Source: Spirochaetales bacterium (GTDB taxonomy: Bacteria > Spirochaetota > Spirochaetia > SZUA-6). From it: DNA of 59,104 bases. Location: assembly GCA_027021365.1 (NCBI GenBank), contig JALUUM010000015.1, forward strand, positions 1 to 59,104. Direction: 5' to 3'. A program made the position numbers and the translations under genes. Under the pieces are notes generated by a model, which was not told the DNA's origin, ran no database searches, and was given only the letters and a program-made list of their open reading frames with translations. This document shows positions 46,434-56,659 of this stretch, one piece after another. How positions within the stretch are numbered: the stretch's first letter is position 1; each line of letters begins with the position of its first letter.

Positions 46434-47450
46434 ATGTCCGTCAGACTTAAAGACCTTGCCAAACAAACAGGTTATTCCATATCTACCATATCCAGGGCTC
46501 TCCTTGGCTATTCAGATGTAAATCCGGCAACGAGAAAGAAAATACTGGAGGCAGCCAAGCGTCTCGACTACTATCCTTCCCAGATAGCCAAACAATTACG
46601 ATCCGGACGAACCAGAACGATAGGATTTCTCATTCCTACATATGGGGAACGTTTTTCAGATCCCTTCTTTATCGAACTACTCACCGGCATTGGAGACATG
46701 GCATCGTTGATGGATTACGATATTCTCGTCGGAACTTCCGGAGACGGGGAGAAAGAACTGGAAGAGTATAGGCGGGTAGTTGGCGGAGGCAGAGTGGAGG
46801 GTCTCATAATAACACGAACAAGAATAAGGGACCAAAGGGTCTCCTACCTGTTAAAGACTCATACACCTTTCATACTACTTGGGAGGGTACTGGATCATAA
46901 GAATGTCCCATACATAGACATAGACAGCAGGAGTGGGATAAAGATTCTCACAAGGCACCTCATAGAGAGTGGCCATAGGAGAATAGGTTTCATAACAACA
47001 CCCGATGACCTCGTTTTTACAAAATTCAGAAACCAGGGTTACAGAGAAGCACTGAAAGAAGCAGGAATACCCTATGACCCTGACATAGTTGAAATAGGCA
47101 ACCTCACATTGGAATCGGGAAAATCACTGGGTCTTAAACTACTCTCTCGTAAGGACAGGCCAACGGCCATAGTAGCGGTAAACGACCTCATGGCACTGGG
47201 CACTTACGGTGCTGCCCAACAACTTGGCCTTACCATTGGCAGAGATGTCTCCATAACGGGCTACGATGGGATTTCTCTCTCCAAAAATGCACATCCTCCG
47301 TTAACTACAATCGAAGTACCGATTTATGAAATCGGCAAACAGCTCTTTGAAATGCTATACAAGCTAATAAATCACGAAAACCTGGGAGAATCACAGATAC
47401 TTCTCCCACCCAAGGCGGTTTTCAGAGAATCTGTGGGGAGTCCCGCATGA
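46434..47450 (+). CDS. LacI family transcriptional regulator
   Basis: HTH motif VRLKDLAKQTGYSISTISRAL with a periplasmic-binding-fold effector domain. The start was refined to the ATG at 46434. Confidence 0.85.
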   Translation: MSVRLKDLAKQTGYSISTISRALLGYSDVNPATRKKILEAAKRLDYYPSQIAKQLRSGRTRTIGFLIPTYGERFSDPFFIELLTGIGDMASLMDYDILVGTSGDGEKELEEYRRVVGGGRVEGLIITRTRIRDQRVSYLLKTHTPFILLGRVLDHKNVPYIDIDSRSGIKILTRHLIESGHRRIGFITTPDDLVFTKFRNQGYREALKEAGIPYDPDIVEIGNLTLESGKSLGLKLLSRKDRPTAIVAVNDLMALGTYGAAQQLGLTIGRDVSITGYDGISLSKNAHPPLTTIEVPIYEIGKQLFEMLYKLINHENLGESQILLPPKAVFRESVGSPA

Positions 47451-47513
47451 TCATAGTATTGGTTAACTTCCCCGTTGGGGAATAAAAAACGTCTGATCTA
47501 TAAGGAGGGTTCT

Positions 47514-48893
47514 ATGAAAAGAACAACCACATTGCTGCTCGTTATTCTGCTGGTTTTCCTTGCATCCGGTCTGCTCTTTGCCAAGGGCGAACAGGAAAAG
47601 AAGGTACAGCCGGCGAGTATCGAGTTCTGGACGACAGAAACCCAGTCTGACAGGGTAAGTACCATTCAGGCACTGGTGGATATCTTCCAGGGATTGAATC
47701 CGGAAATAAAGATTACAGTTGTACCAGTCGATGAAAATGACATGCCAAAACAGGTTGCAGCATCATCCGCTGCGGGTAATCTTCCTGCTTTAGCAGAATT
47801 CGGATCGGAGAATGCCATAGATTTCGGCTCATCAGGCCTGCTCGACACATCCACGGCTACAAAGATTATCAACTCGATAGGTAAGAGTGAATTCTACGCA
47901 GGGCCTCTTAAGATGCTGGAGAGCACGCAGAGCGGTGTCTACTACGCCATGCCCTACCATGGATGGATTCAGGGCCTCTGGTACAGAAACGATTGGTTCA
48001 AGGATGCAGGTTTGAATCCACCCAATACCTGGGAATCAATTGAAAAGGCAGCCAAGACATTCTACCAGCCATCAAAGAATCAGTACGGAATTCTCGTGGG
48101 AACAAAAGCCGAGGTCTATGCGGAACAGTGTTTTACTCAGATCGCAATTTCAAACAAGGCAAGGCTCTTCGACAAGAATGGCAACCTAGTATTCAACTCA
48201 CCACAAATGAAAGAGGCCATTCAGTACTATGCGGGACTTGCAAATTACAACCCGCCGGGACCTCAGACCTGGAGGGCAAGGGACTACTACATACAGGGCA
48301 AAATGGCAATGTTCTTCTACTCCACATATATAATGGATGATCTTGCACTGGCCGAAGTAGCAGCCAGCTCATTGACAGGAAAGAATTTCAAAGAGTTGAA
48401 GGGAGCTCAGTTCGATCCCCAGCTTGTCGTACATACGAGTTTTGCACCCATCATCACTCACAAGCAACCTTCGTCCTACGGCGTAATCGTTGCCCTCGGC
48501 ATTTTCAAGCAGGAAAAAGCCGCAAATACGGCAGCCGCAGAAAGATTCGTAAAGTATCTCTACGGTGAAGATGCATATGTTACATTCCTCCATATGGCAC
48601 CAGGCGGAATGAATCCTGTTCTTAAAAAGATTGCTGCAAGTGACAAGTTCATGAAGGATCCAAAGGGAATCTTCGAGAAATACGGCAAGAAGAAGATAGA
48701 AGAGATAATAGCAGGACTGGAAAGCATCCAGAGATTCGGTATCGTAGAGGGTCACCTCATTACCGCATACGGCAAGATATTCTCACAGCAGATAATTCCT
48801 CAGATGATCTACAAGATAACACAGGAAAAGATGGATGTTGACGCAGCAATGAATTGGGCTGAAGGTGAAATGAAAAAGATAGTCAACAAGTAG
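47514..48893 (+). CDS. sugar ABC transporter substrate-binding protein (family 1, CUT1-type)
   Basis: Signal peptide MKRTTTLLLVILLVFLASGLLFA with an AGGAGG RBS. Confidence 0.85.
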   Translation: MKRTTTLLLVILLVFLASGLLFAKGEQEKKVQPASIEFWTTETQSDRVSTIQALVDIFQGLNPEIKITVVPVDENDMPKQVAASSAAGNLPALAEFGSENAIDFGSSGLLDTSTATKIINSIGKSEFYAGPLKMLESTQSGVYYAMPYHGWIQGLWYRNDWFKDAGLNPPNTWESIEKAAKTFYQPSKNQYGILVGTKAEVYAEQCFTQIAISNKARLFDKNGNLVFNSPQMKEAIQYYAGLANYNPPGPQTWRARDYYIQGKMAMFFYSTYIMDDLALAEVAASSLTGKNFKELKGAQFDPQLVVHTSFAPIITHKQPSSYGVIVALGIFKQEKAANTAAAERFVKYLYGEDAYVTFLHMAPGGMNPVLKKIAASDKFMKDPKGIFEKYGKKKIEEIIAGLESIQRFGIVEGHLITAYGKIFSQQIIPQMIYKITQEKMDVDAAMNWAEGEMKKIVNK

Positions 48894-48907
48894 AGTAAAC
48901 CGATGCA

Positions 48908-48943
48908 GGGCAGGGGCATGTAAGATGTCCCTGCCCTTTTTTT
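48908..48943 (+). terminator. rho-independent terminator/attenuator after the SBP gene
   Basis: Stem GGGCAGGG/CCCTGCCC with a 13-nt loop, followed by TTTTTTT. Confidence 0.6.
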
Positions 48944-48956
48944 GGAGGTTATCATT

Positions 48957-49832
48957 TTGACAATACAGGCAAAAGGTTTGAAAGCGGAGGAGGAACGGTT
49001 CGGATGGAAACTGATTCTTCCGGCAATCATAATAATTGCGTCTCTCATCTTTTACCCGATAGGATACAACGTTTTCCTTAGCTTTTTCGATGTGAAACTA
49101 AGAGGCCCCAATACATACATCGGGATAACAAACTACCGTGATATAATAACCGACCTGGCCTTCTGGCATGCAGTATGGACAACATTCCTCTATGTAATAT
49201 TCACAACCATAGGAACCACCCTTGTAGGACTGGGTGTTGCGCTTGTCATGGTAAAGGAGTTCCCTTTAAGAGGCCTTGTCCGGGCAATCATTCTGCTACC
49301 CTATATTGCTCCTGTAATTTCTGTGGTATTTGCATGGCAGTTCTTCTTTGATCCGGTGAATGGCATATTCATGCACCTTACCTACGAAAAGTTTCATCTA
49401 TTCGATCAACGTTTCAACCTGATAGGCTCACCACAGAATGCAATAATAGTTGCCATCATCTTCAATATCTGGAAAAACTTTCCCTTTTCATACCTCATGA
49501 TTCTATCCAGACTGCAGTCGATAGATGCCACTCAATACGAAGCAGCTGAAATCGATGGTGCTTCCGGATGGCAGAAATTCTGGTACGTAACTCTTCCCGA
49601 AGTGTACTTCGTAGTAGGTTCAATAGTAATTCTTAGGGTTATCTGGAATTTCAATAAATTCGAAGAGGTTTATCTTTTAACAGACAACGTTAAGGTTCTC
49701 TCCGTCTATACCTACTTCAAAGCCTTTACAGGTACAATGGACCAGGGACAGGGAGCCGCACTCTCTGTAATTCAATTCCTTCTCCTCATCGGTTTCATAC
49801 TATTCTATGTAAAGAGGGTACTCAAATGGTAG
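48957..49832 (+). CDS. sugar ABC permease (MalF/UgpA-type)
   Basis: 6-TM BPD permease with an EAA loop. A TTG start after GGAGG is proposed, but the start is uncertain (the track ORF begins at 48942). Confidence 0.8.
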   Translation: MTIQAKGLKAEEERFGWKLILPAIIIIASLIFYPIGYNVFLSFFDVKLRGPNTYIGITNYRDIITDLAFWHAVWTTFLYVIFTTIGTTLVGLGVALVMVKEFPLRGLVRAIILLPYIAPVISVVFAWQFFFDPVNGIFMHLTYEKFHLFDQRFNLIGSPQNAIIVAIIFNIWKNFPFSYLMILSRLQSIDATQYEAAEIDGASGWQKFWYVTLPEVYFVVGSIVILRVIWNFNKFEEVYLLTDNVKVLSVYTYFKAFTGTMDQGQGAALSVIQFLLLIGFILFYVKRVLKW

Positions 49833-50788
49833 TAAGGAAAAAAAATATTCTGAAGAAAACGGGATTTCTCCTCATAGTTCTTCTTATAGTGACATTCTCA
49901 ATTTTCCCCTTTCTGCAAATGCTCTCTACATCGTTGAAATATCAATTCGACTGGGGAAATCCGTCACTGATTCCGACCAAGATCAACCTCGAAGCATATA
50001 AGGAGCTCCTCAATATCAGCCAGACTACCAGGAACATTCCCGACTCGATAAAGAGATTGCTCGACAATCCAAAGCTATCAAAGGCTCAAAAAAGGGCTAT
50101 CATTAAAAAATACGAGGAGACAGGTAATGTATTTCCATTCCTCAAGTACTTCAGAAATTCATTCGTGCTTTCCTTTACCGCCTCCTTCATCTCCCTTATT
50201 ATTGCGGTACTCGGAGCCTACTCATTCAGCAGGGTCAACTACAGGGGGAGAGGAACGATCCAGCGCGGGGTACTGTTCGTTTATATGTTCGGAGGCATAC
50301 TCCTTCTAATCCCCCTGTATCAGATGGCGGTAAAACTTGGACTTGCAGGTACCAGGGGCGGTACATTCTTCTCGCTTCTCATAATATACATGGTACAGAC
50401 TCTGCCCGTTTCACTATACATGCTCGGAAACTACTTCAGGACAATCCCCTTTTCAATCGAGGAAGCAGCCCTTATAGATGGTTGTACCCGTTTCGAGACG
50501 ATAAGGCGTATCATCGTTCCACTTTCGCTTCCCGCACTTGCAACGGTCTTTATCTATGCCTTCATGATAGCATGGAATGAGTATCTCTTTGCCTCAGTAT
50601 TCCTAAGAGCATACAAAAACCTCTATACGCTTCCCATAGGTTTGAAATCGCTCTTCGTTTCGAAAAACGCTATCTGGGATAGAATTATGGCAGCCTCGAT
50701 GCTCACAGCCACCCCGGTGGTCATTCTGTTCCTTCTCATCCAAAAAAACCTGGTAAGCGGCCTTACATCAGGAGGGGTGAAAGAGTAA
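49826..50788 (+). CDS. sugar ABC permease (MalG/UgpE-type) with periplasmic insertion
   Basis: BPD permease core (DGCTRFETIRRIIVPLSLPAL). Confidence 0.85.
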   Translation: MVVRKKNILKKTGFLLIVLLIVTFSIFPFLQMLSTSLKYQFDWGNPSLIPTKINLEAYKELLNISQTTRNIPDSIKRLLDNPKLSKAQKRAIIKKYEETGNVFPFLKYFRNSFVLSFTASFISLIIAVLGAYSFSRVNYRGRGTIQRGVLFVYMFGGILLLIPLYQMAVKLGLAGTRGGTFFSLLIIYMVQTLPVSLYMLGNYFRTIPFSIEEAALIDGCTRFETIRRIIVPLSLPALATVFIYAFMIAWNEYLFASVFLRAYKNLYTLPIGLKSLFVSKNAIWDRIMAASMLTATPVVILFLLIQKNLVSGLTSGGVKE

Positions 50789-50797
50789 AGTTTAAAA

Positions 50798-52924
50798 TTA
50801 GCCCATACTCTGGATATTTATAATTGCAGGGATGGTTCTCAAGTTTTTCAGCACATGTGAGAAATCATCCCTGTTGTCCAGTTCTACGGTAAAAAAACCC
50901 TTCAAGGTCTCACCATCGCTTTCATCGAGCTTGCCCTCGATCAGATGGCCATTATACTTCTTAAGGGCTCCTTCTATCTCTGAAAAGAGATTGGGAATCA
51001 TCCTGGAGGTGACCTGAAATCTTCTAGTAGCCCTCGGTGAGACAGTTTCCCATTCCACCTCTATTTTCCTCTCTGAAAAATCTTTTATATATTTGAGGTT
51101 CGGGCAATCGGCACGATGGACAATTATTCCGCGTCCCCTTGAGATATAGCCTATTATCCTATCTCCGGTGGTAGGATTGCAGCACTTTGCGAGCCTTATC
51201 ATCATGTTGCGCTCGCCATCTATCCTTATTCCTATTCTCGATTGATCCAGTATCCGTTTTTCCGTTTCCTCGATACCCTTCTTTTCCGTTCCCCTCCCGG
51301 AAATCTCATAGCGGAGGCTCTCTCTTGGAAGCCTTTTCTCGGCATGTGAGGTTTTAGCCGATTCTTTCCTCTTTGCAATTATGTTTCTATCGATTATCAG
51401 GCCCGTATCATTCTGATTCAGCCAGTGCCTCACCTTGGAGCGTGCCCGTGCTGTTTTCACATAACGGAGCCAGTTCAGGTGAGGGTGAGCCGTATTGGAA
51501 GTAATGATCTCCACAACCTGGGTGCTCTTAAGCTCCTGCTTGAGGGGTATTATCACCCCGTCTGCCTTTGCAGCAAGACAGTGATTCCCGATTTCAGTAT
51601 GGATATGGTATGCAAAATCAATTGCCGTGGAGCCCTTTGGAAGCTCTATGACGTCACCCCGAGGTGTAAAGACATAGATAGAATCCTTTAAGAGTTCCCT
51701 CTTTATCTCTTCTAGAAACTCACTGGAAGCGGCCTTTGCCCCGTCCCAGCTTTTCAGCTTGTTTATTATCGGGAGATCCTCCTGCTTGACAATCTCCCTG
51801 GAAGAACCCTTCTTGTATATAAAGTGAGCCGCGATGCCATTTTCCGCCGTCCTATGCATCTTGTGCGTCCTTATCTGTATTTCCACCATCTTACCGTTGT
51901 ATCCCATCACCGTTGTGTGAAGGCTCTGGTAACGGTTCGATTTTGGCATCGCAATGTAGTCCTTGAACCTCCCCGAGATGGGTATGAACAGCTTGTGAAC
52001 AAGACCCAGAAGTTCGTAACACTGGCTCGTTGTCTCAGTAAGAATTCTTATTCCGAGAAGATCGTATATTTCCTCTATGGGCTTACCCCGTTTGCGCATC
52101 TTCTGATAGATCGAGTAGAAATGCTTGGCTCTCGTTTCGAGGTCCACGGGAATTCCCGCCTTTTTCGCTTCTGATGCAATATCATTCTTGACCCTTTCAA
52201 GAAATTCGGCTCTCGATTTCCTATTTTCAGCGACGAATCTCTTTATCTGTTCATAAACGTCGGGGTGAAGATATTTAAGAGAAAGATCCTCGAGCTCAAC
52301 ACGTACCTTCGATATTCCAAGCCTCCCTGCAAGCGGGGCATATATATCGAGACACTCGCTTGCTATACGTTTACGTGACTGTGCATCGAGGTACTGAAGA
52401 GTTCGCATATTGTGCAACTTGTCGGAGAGCTTGATAAATATAACCCTGATATCCTTCACCATGGCAAAGAGCATCTTTCTTATCGTTTCTGCTTCCTGAA
52501 TCGTCTTGCTCTTGCCCCTGAGGAAAGAAATCTTTGTGACACCATGAACGAGTGATTCCACCTCCCTGCCAAATTCCTTTCGCAGTTCACCTCTCGTTAC
52601 ATCGGTGTCTTCTATTATATCGTGCAGTAGTGCTGCAATAATGGCCTTGTAATCGAGGTTCAAATTGATAAGCTGTTCGGCAACGGTTACGGGATGAATG
52701 ATGTAGGGTTCCCCGCTGGCCCTCTTCTGGTCCCTGTGAAGCTCAGCAGCCCATCTGGCCGCTCTTATTATTTCGTTTCTCTCCTTTTCACTGTAATGGT
52801 CAAGCTTGCTGAAAAAATCTTCAAGGAGCTTCTGCACATTATTCTCTATCCCTTTATCCGTCTTCTCAGGTGGAGATTCAACTGTTTCTAGAGGTACCCG
52901 ACGTACCCTTTTCTCTTTGATCAT
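50798..52924 (-). CDS. relA: bifunctional (p)ppGpp synthetase/hydrolase RelA/SpoT family (HD, synthetase, TGS, ACT)
   Basis: HD motif HDIIEDT, synthetase motifs, and C-terminal TGS and ACT regions. Confidence 0.9.
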   Translation of the reverse strand: MIKEKRVRRVPLETVESPPEKTDKGIENNVQKLLEDFFSKLDHYSEKERNEIIRAARWAAELHRDQKRASGEPYIIHPVTVAEQLINLNLDYKAIIAALLHDIIEDTDVTRGELRKEFGREVESLVHGVTKISFLRGKSKTIQEAETIRKMLFAMVKDIRVIFIKLSDKLHNMRTLQYLDAQSRKRIASECLDIYAPLAGRLGISKVRVELEDLSLKYLHPDVYEQIKRFVAENRKSRAEFLERVKNDIASEAKKAGIPVDLETRAKHFYSIYQKMRKRGKPIEEIYDLLGIRILTETTSQCYELLGLVHKLFIPISGRFKDYIAMPKSNRYQSLHTTVMGYNGKMVEIQIRTHKMHRTAENGIAAHFIYKKGSSREIVKQEDLPIINKLKSWDGAKAASSEFLEEIKRELLKDSIYVFTPRGDVIELPKGSTAIDFAYHIHTEIGNHCLAAKADGVIIPLKQELKSTQVVEIITSNTAHPHLNWLRYVKTARARSKVRHWLNQNDTGLIIDRNIIAKRKESAKTSHAEKRLPRESLRYEISGRGTEKKGIEETEKRILDQSRIGIRIDGERNMMIRLAKCCNPTTGDRIIGYISRGRGIIVHRADCPNLKYIKDFSERKIEVEWETVSPRATRRFQVTSRMIPNLFSEIEGALKKYNGHLIEGKLDESDGETLKGFFTVELDNRDDFSHVLKNLRTIPAIINIQSMG

Positions 52925-53850
52925 TTACCCTTCTTCTGACCGCAGATTATCCTCTCCCTGTCTCCGAGATCCCTGCGGGTGTAGATGTTCTTGAAACCCC
53001 GCGCATCCATCAATCCGTAGAGTTTTGTCATTTGCTCCGGTGAAGCCTCCATAATCAGGTAACCGCCATCCTTCAGGTAATAAAATGCTTCCCCTATAAT
53101 TTTACCGGCTATTTCTGTACCCTCTTCGCCACCGAGAAGCGCAATCTTCGGTTCTCTCCAGCCGATTTTATCCAGATTGTCCACCTCTGTTTTCTTCAGG
53201 TAGGGCGGATTACAGGTAATCAGATCGAACTCACCATCGATTCTATCAAATAGATTTGATACATGAAAGTCTAATTTGTAACCCAGTATCTTCAATGAAT
53301 TAAAATCAAAAACAGCCCTTACATCGTGGGAAATATCTGATGCATGTATCTCTATATTGTTTACCCCAAGGTTTGCAGCAATGGATATCGCTATACACCC
53401 CGAACCTGTGCAGAGGTCGAGGATCTTCGGTTTTTCATCACCACTTGCCTTCGGAATCGGAACGACATCGATGCAAAGGTCACTCGCCGGTTTTCTGAAG
53501 AGCAATCTTTCCCTGAAACCGGAGTTTATCAGAGCGAGGGCCTCCTCTACCAGTACCTCCGTATCTGGCCTTGGGACAAGCACCCTCTCATCCACATAGA
53601 ACTCTATGCCATAGAACTCCTTCTTGTGCCTTATGTATGAAACCGGTATCCCCTCGCACCTCAGTTCCAGATACTCCCTGTAGCGCAGGTAACAATCATC
53701 ATCAATAGGTTCCGGAAGGCTTGCAAAGAGTTTTTCCTTGGACATTCCGGTAGCCTCGCAGAGGAGCACCGTTGCATCCAGCATCGGTGTGTCTACCTCT
53801 GCATAGAATAGTATCGAATATCCCTCACGAAGTGCCTTCTGGTAGGTCAT
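52921..53850 (-). CDS. prmC: release-factor glutamine N5-methyltransferase PrmC (HemK)
   Basis: NPPY motif, SAM-binding LDLCTGSG, and 4-nt overlaps with both prfA and relA. Confidence 0.85.
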   Translation of the reverse strand: MTYQKALREGYSILFYAEVDTPMLDATVLLCEATGMSKEKLFASLPEPIDDDCYLRYREYLELRCEGIPVSYIRHKKEFYGIEFYVDERVLVPRPDTEVLVEEALALINSGFRERLLFRKPASDLCIDVVPIPKASGDEKPKILDLCTGSGCIAISIAANLGVNNIEIHASDISHDVRAVFDFNSLKILGYKLDFHVSNLFDRIDGEFDLITCNPPYLKKTEVDNLDKIGWREPKIALLGGEEGTEIAGKIIGEAFYYLKDGGYLIMEASPEQMTKLYGLMDARGFKNIYTRRDLGDRERIICGQKKGK

Positions 53851-54950
53851 GACAGTACACTCTTCAGGTATTCCTCCCTCGAGTTTAGTTTCAATGCTTC
53901 TATTATCTCGTCGAGATCACCCTGAAGAATCTCTTCCAGCTTGTATAACGTAAGATTTATTCTGTGATCTGTCACTCGATTCTGGGGAAAGTTGTAGGTT
54001 CTGATCCGCTCGGAACGATCACCACTGCCTATCTGGTTCCTCCTCTCCTCCGAACGCTCCTGCTGCTTCTTCTTCTCCTCCATCTCGTAGAGGCGTGCCC
54101 TCAAGACCCTCAGAGCCTTTGCCTTGTTCTTGTGCTGGGATTTTTCGTCCTGGCAGGTCACTACGAGACCAGTGGGAAGATGGGTTATCCTCACTGCCGA
54201 ATCGGTGGTATTCACGCTCTGTCCGCCCGGGCCTGAGGAGCGGTAAACATCAACCCTCAAATCCTCGGGGTTTATTTCAATTTCCGTCTCTTCTGCCTCG
54301 GGAAGAACCGCAACTGTAACGGCGGATGTATGTATCCTTCCACCTGACTCCGTAACCGGAACCCTCTGTACCCTGTGAACACCGCTCTCATACCTCAGGT
54401 TCTCATATACACTCTTTCCCGTGACGGAAAAGATTATCTCCTTGAAACCTCCTATACCAGTTTCATTGGATGACATTATCTCGATTTTCCATCTCTTCGA
54501 TTCCGCATACCTCGAATACATCCTGAAAAGATCAGCAACAAAGAGGGCAGCTTCCTCTCCTCCGGTACCGGCCCTAATCTCCATTATGATGTTTTTCAGG
54601 TCCATCGGGTCTTTGGGGATCATCAGTAGCTTCAATCGTTCGATAGATTCCTCTCTCTCCCGCTCGAGGCTCTTCAATTCCTCCCTTGCAAGCTCACGCA
54701 TTTCGCTGTCAGTTGTTTCCTCGATGAGCTTCTTGGTATCCTCGATCTCGCCGGTTATCTTTTTGTACCTTTCATACTCTTCCACCACATCGGAAAGAGC
54801 CGAATATTCCTGCGTAAGTAACTTGTACCTGTTTGTGTCCTTTATTACATCAGGATCGGAGACGAGTTTCTGCAGCTCCTCGTAACGTTCAACCTTCTTA
54901 TCCAGCTTGTTGAAAATACCCTTCAAAACTTCTCCTCGAAAAGGGGACAA
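53847..54950 (-). CDS. prfA: peptide chain release factor 1 (TTG start)
   Basis: GGQ motif ([23 protein letters not shown]) and the PVT tripeptide characteristic of RF1. Confidence 0.9.
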   Translation of the reverse strand: MSPFRGEVLKGIFNKLDKKVERYEELQKLVSDPDVIKDTNRYKLLTQEYSALSDVVEEYERYKKITGEIEDTKKLIEETTDSEMRELAREELKSLEREREESIERLKLLMIPKDPMDLKNIIMEIRAGTGGEEAALFVADLFRMYSRYAESKRWKIEIMSSNETGIGGFKEIIFSVTGKSVYENLRYESGVHRVQRVPVTESGGRIHTSAVTVAVLPEAEETEIEINPEDLRVDVYRSSGPGGQSVNTTDSAVRITHLPTGLVVTCQDEKSQHKNKAKALRVLRARLYEMEEKKKQQERSEERRNQIGSGDRSERIRTYNFPQNRVTDHRINLTLYKLEEILQGDLDEIIEALKLNSREEYLKSVLS

Positions 54951-55142
54951 TTATACACCACGATCTCTAGTCCGCTCTTCTCGGGGTCCTTTATGTCCCT
55001 CATTGTCTCTCTCATCTTGACGAGTATTATGCACCTGTCATTCTTCCTACAGAAGGGACAGGCTCCCGTTCCCCTGGGACTAATTTTGACATCCATTGCT
55101 ATAAGATAGCAAAAATATTATCCTCTTTCAATCCATACTTTA

Positions 55143-55171
55143 TTGAATATATAAAAGAGTAAATGTAAACT
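55143..55171 (+). promoter_or_regulatory. sigma70-like promoter TTGAAT-17-TAAACT, 6 nt before ATG 55178; leaderless
   Basis: Same layout as the promoters at 505, 5351 (minus strand) and 30277. Confidence 0.35.
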
Positions 55172-55177
55172 ACGCCT

Positions 55178-55900
55178 ATGCCTAATCCCGATTTCGATGC
55201 CATTAGCAAGAGACCCTCTCCCCTGAAGCGTGCCCTTTTGTGGTTTGCGAAGTACTCGATCCTGGCAGTCATCATCTTTCTACTCTGGAATACCACTGTC
55301 CTCAAGTACTTCAAAATACTCGTCGTTTTTCTTCACGAGACCTCCCACGCATTTGCAGCCATCCTGACGGGTGGCCATGTTAGGAATATAGCCGTATCCT
55401 CGACAGAGAGCGGAGTGACATTCGTTTCCGGCGGCCTATCCGCCATTATGTACTCGGCAGGATACCTCGGAACATCACTGATTGGTGCCCTCCTCATTGC
55501 CTCCGGTAATTCCAGAAAACTTAAAAGATACGTATTGTTGGTTCTGGGAATCATATTGATTCTTTCCACAGCTCTCTTCGTAAGAAACCTCTTTGGCATT
55601 CTCTACGGAACGATTGCCGGTACAATATTCATATTCCTATATATAAGAGACTTTTTCTTCTCCGTTTACGTAACTGATTTCGTAGGAATGATGTGCGTGG
55701 TATACTCCATATACGATTTTTTAGATTTTCTGGGACCTGGTGAAAATGATGCTACTCTCCTTGCAAAACTATCGGGATTGCCCTCCCCTCTCATCTATGG
55801 TACATGGATTACAATAGCCCTTGTTTTGTTCATTTGGGCTTTCAGAAAATCTTTTAGAAGTGCTGTCAGAACAACCGGAAGAAACTCAGAGACCGGCTAG
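55178..55900 (+). CDS. M50B-like membrane metallopeptidase family protein
   Basis: HExxH motif in a TM helix (FLHETSHAFAA), with 5-6 TM segments. Confidence 0.5.
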   Translation: MPNPDFDAISKRPSPLKRALLWFAKYSILAVIIFLLWNTTVLKYFKILVVFLHETSHAFAAILTGGHVRNIAVSSTESGVTFVSGGLSAIMYSAGYLGTSLIGALLIASGNSRKLKRYVLLVLGIILILSTALFVRNLFGILYGTIAGTIFIFLYIRDFFFSVYVTDFVGMMCVVYSIYDFLDFLGPGENDATLLAKLSGLPSPLIYGTWITIALVLFIWAFRKSFRSAVRTTGRNSETG

Positions 55901-56659
55901 AATTCCTCCATCCACGTACAGTATCTGACCTGTAATAAAATCCGAGGCTGCCGATGAAAGAAAAAGGGCAGCTCCAACGAGGTCTTCCGGTTTACCCCAC
56001 CTGGAAAGGGGTGTACGTGCAACTATCCACCTGCTGAAGTCCTTGTCATCCAGAAGCTTTCTGTTCATCTCCGTTTCTATGTATCCTGGCCCTATGCCGT
56101 TGACCTGAATATTGTATTTGCCAAGCTCCACGGCCATAACCCTGGTAAGCATCTTCAGCCCACCCTTGGAGGCTGTATAGGCAGAAACCGTTTCTCTGCC
56201 AACCTCACTCAACAGCGAGCATATATTGATTATCTTTCCCTTCTTTCTCTTCACCATGAAAGAGGAAACTTCCCTGGAAACGAGAAAGGCACCTTTCAAG
56301 TTAACGGACATCACCCTGTCCCACTCTTCCTCGCTGAACTCGACGAAGGGTGCTCGGGATTGTGTTCCCGCATTGTTTATAAGAATATCGATCGGCCCCT
56401 CGTCCCTTTCTATTGCCGATATGTTCTCTTTTACCATGTTGCCATCGGATATATCAAAGGCATAACCTGTGACATTTACTATTCCCTCTTCCTGGAGTTT
56501 CATGACAGCACTTTCCAGTGCATCCTCCCTCCTACCATTCAGTATGACTCTGGCTCCTGCCTCTGCAAGACCTCTGGCAAGGGCAAATCCTATTCCTCTG
56601 CTGGAACCCGTAACGAGGGCTGTCTTACCTTTCAGATCGAATAGAGAATCAGTCTTCAT
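55886..56659 (-). CDS. SDR family oxidoreductase (gluconate-5-dehydrogenase/KduD-like)
   Basis: TGSSRGIG Rossmann motif, NNAG, and YTASKGGLK (YxxxK). Confidence 0.85.
   Translation of the reverse strand: MKTDSLFDLKGKTALVTGSSRGIGFALARGLAEAGARVILNGRREDALESAVMKLQEEGIVNVTGYAFDISDGNMVKENISAIERDEGPIDILINNAGTQSRAPFVEFSEEEWDRVMSVNLKGAFLVSREVSSFMVKRKKGKIINICSLLSEVGRETVSAYTASKGGLKMLTRVMAVELGKYNIQVNGIGPGYIETEMNRKLLDDKDFSRWIVARTPLSRWGKPEDLVGAALFLSSAASDFITGQILYVDGGILAGL

Noticed and set aside
47451-47513. Hairpin ttcccc-gtt-ggggaa between the LacI and SBP genes, considered as a terminator
   Set aside because: It is not followed by a U-tract on either strand. It may be a weak structure or an operator half-site, and it is not supportable as a terminator.
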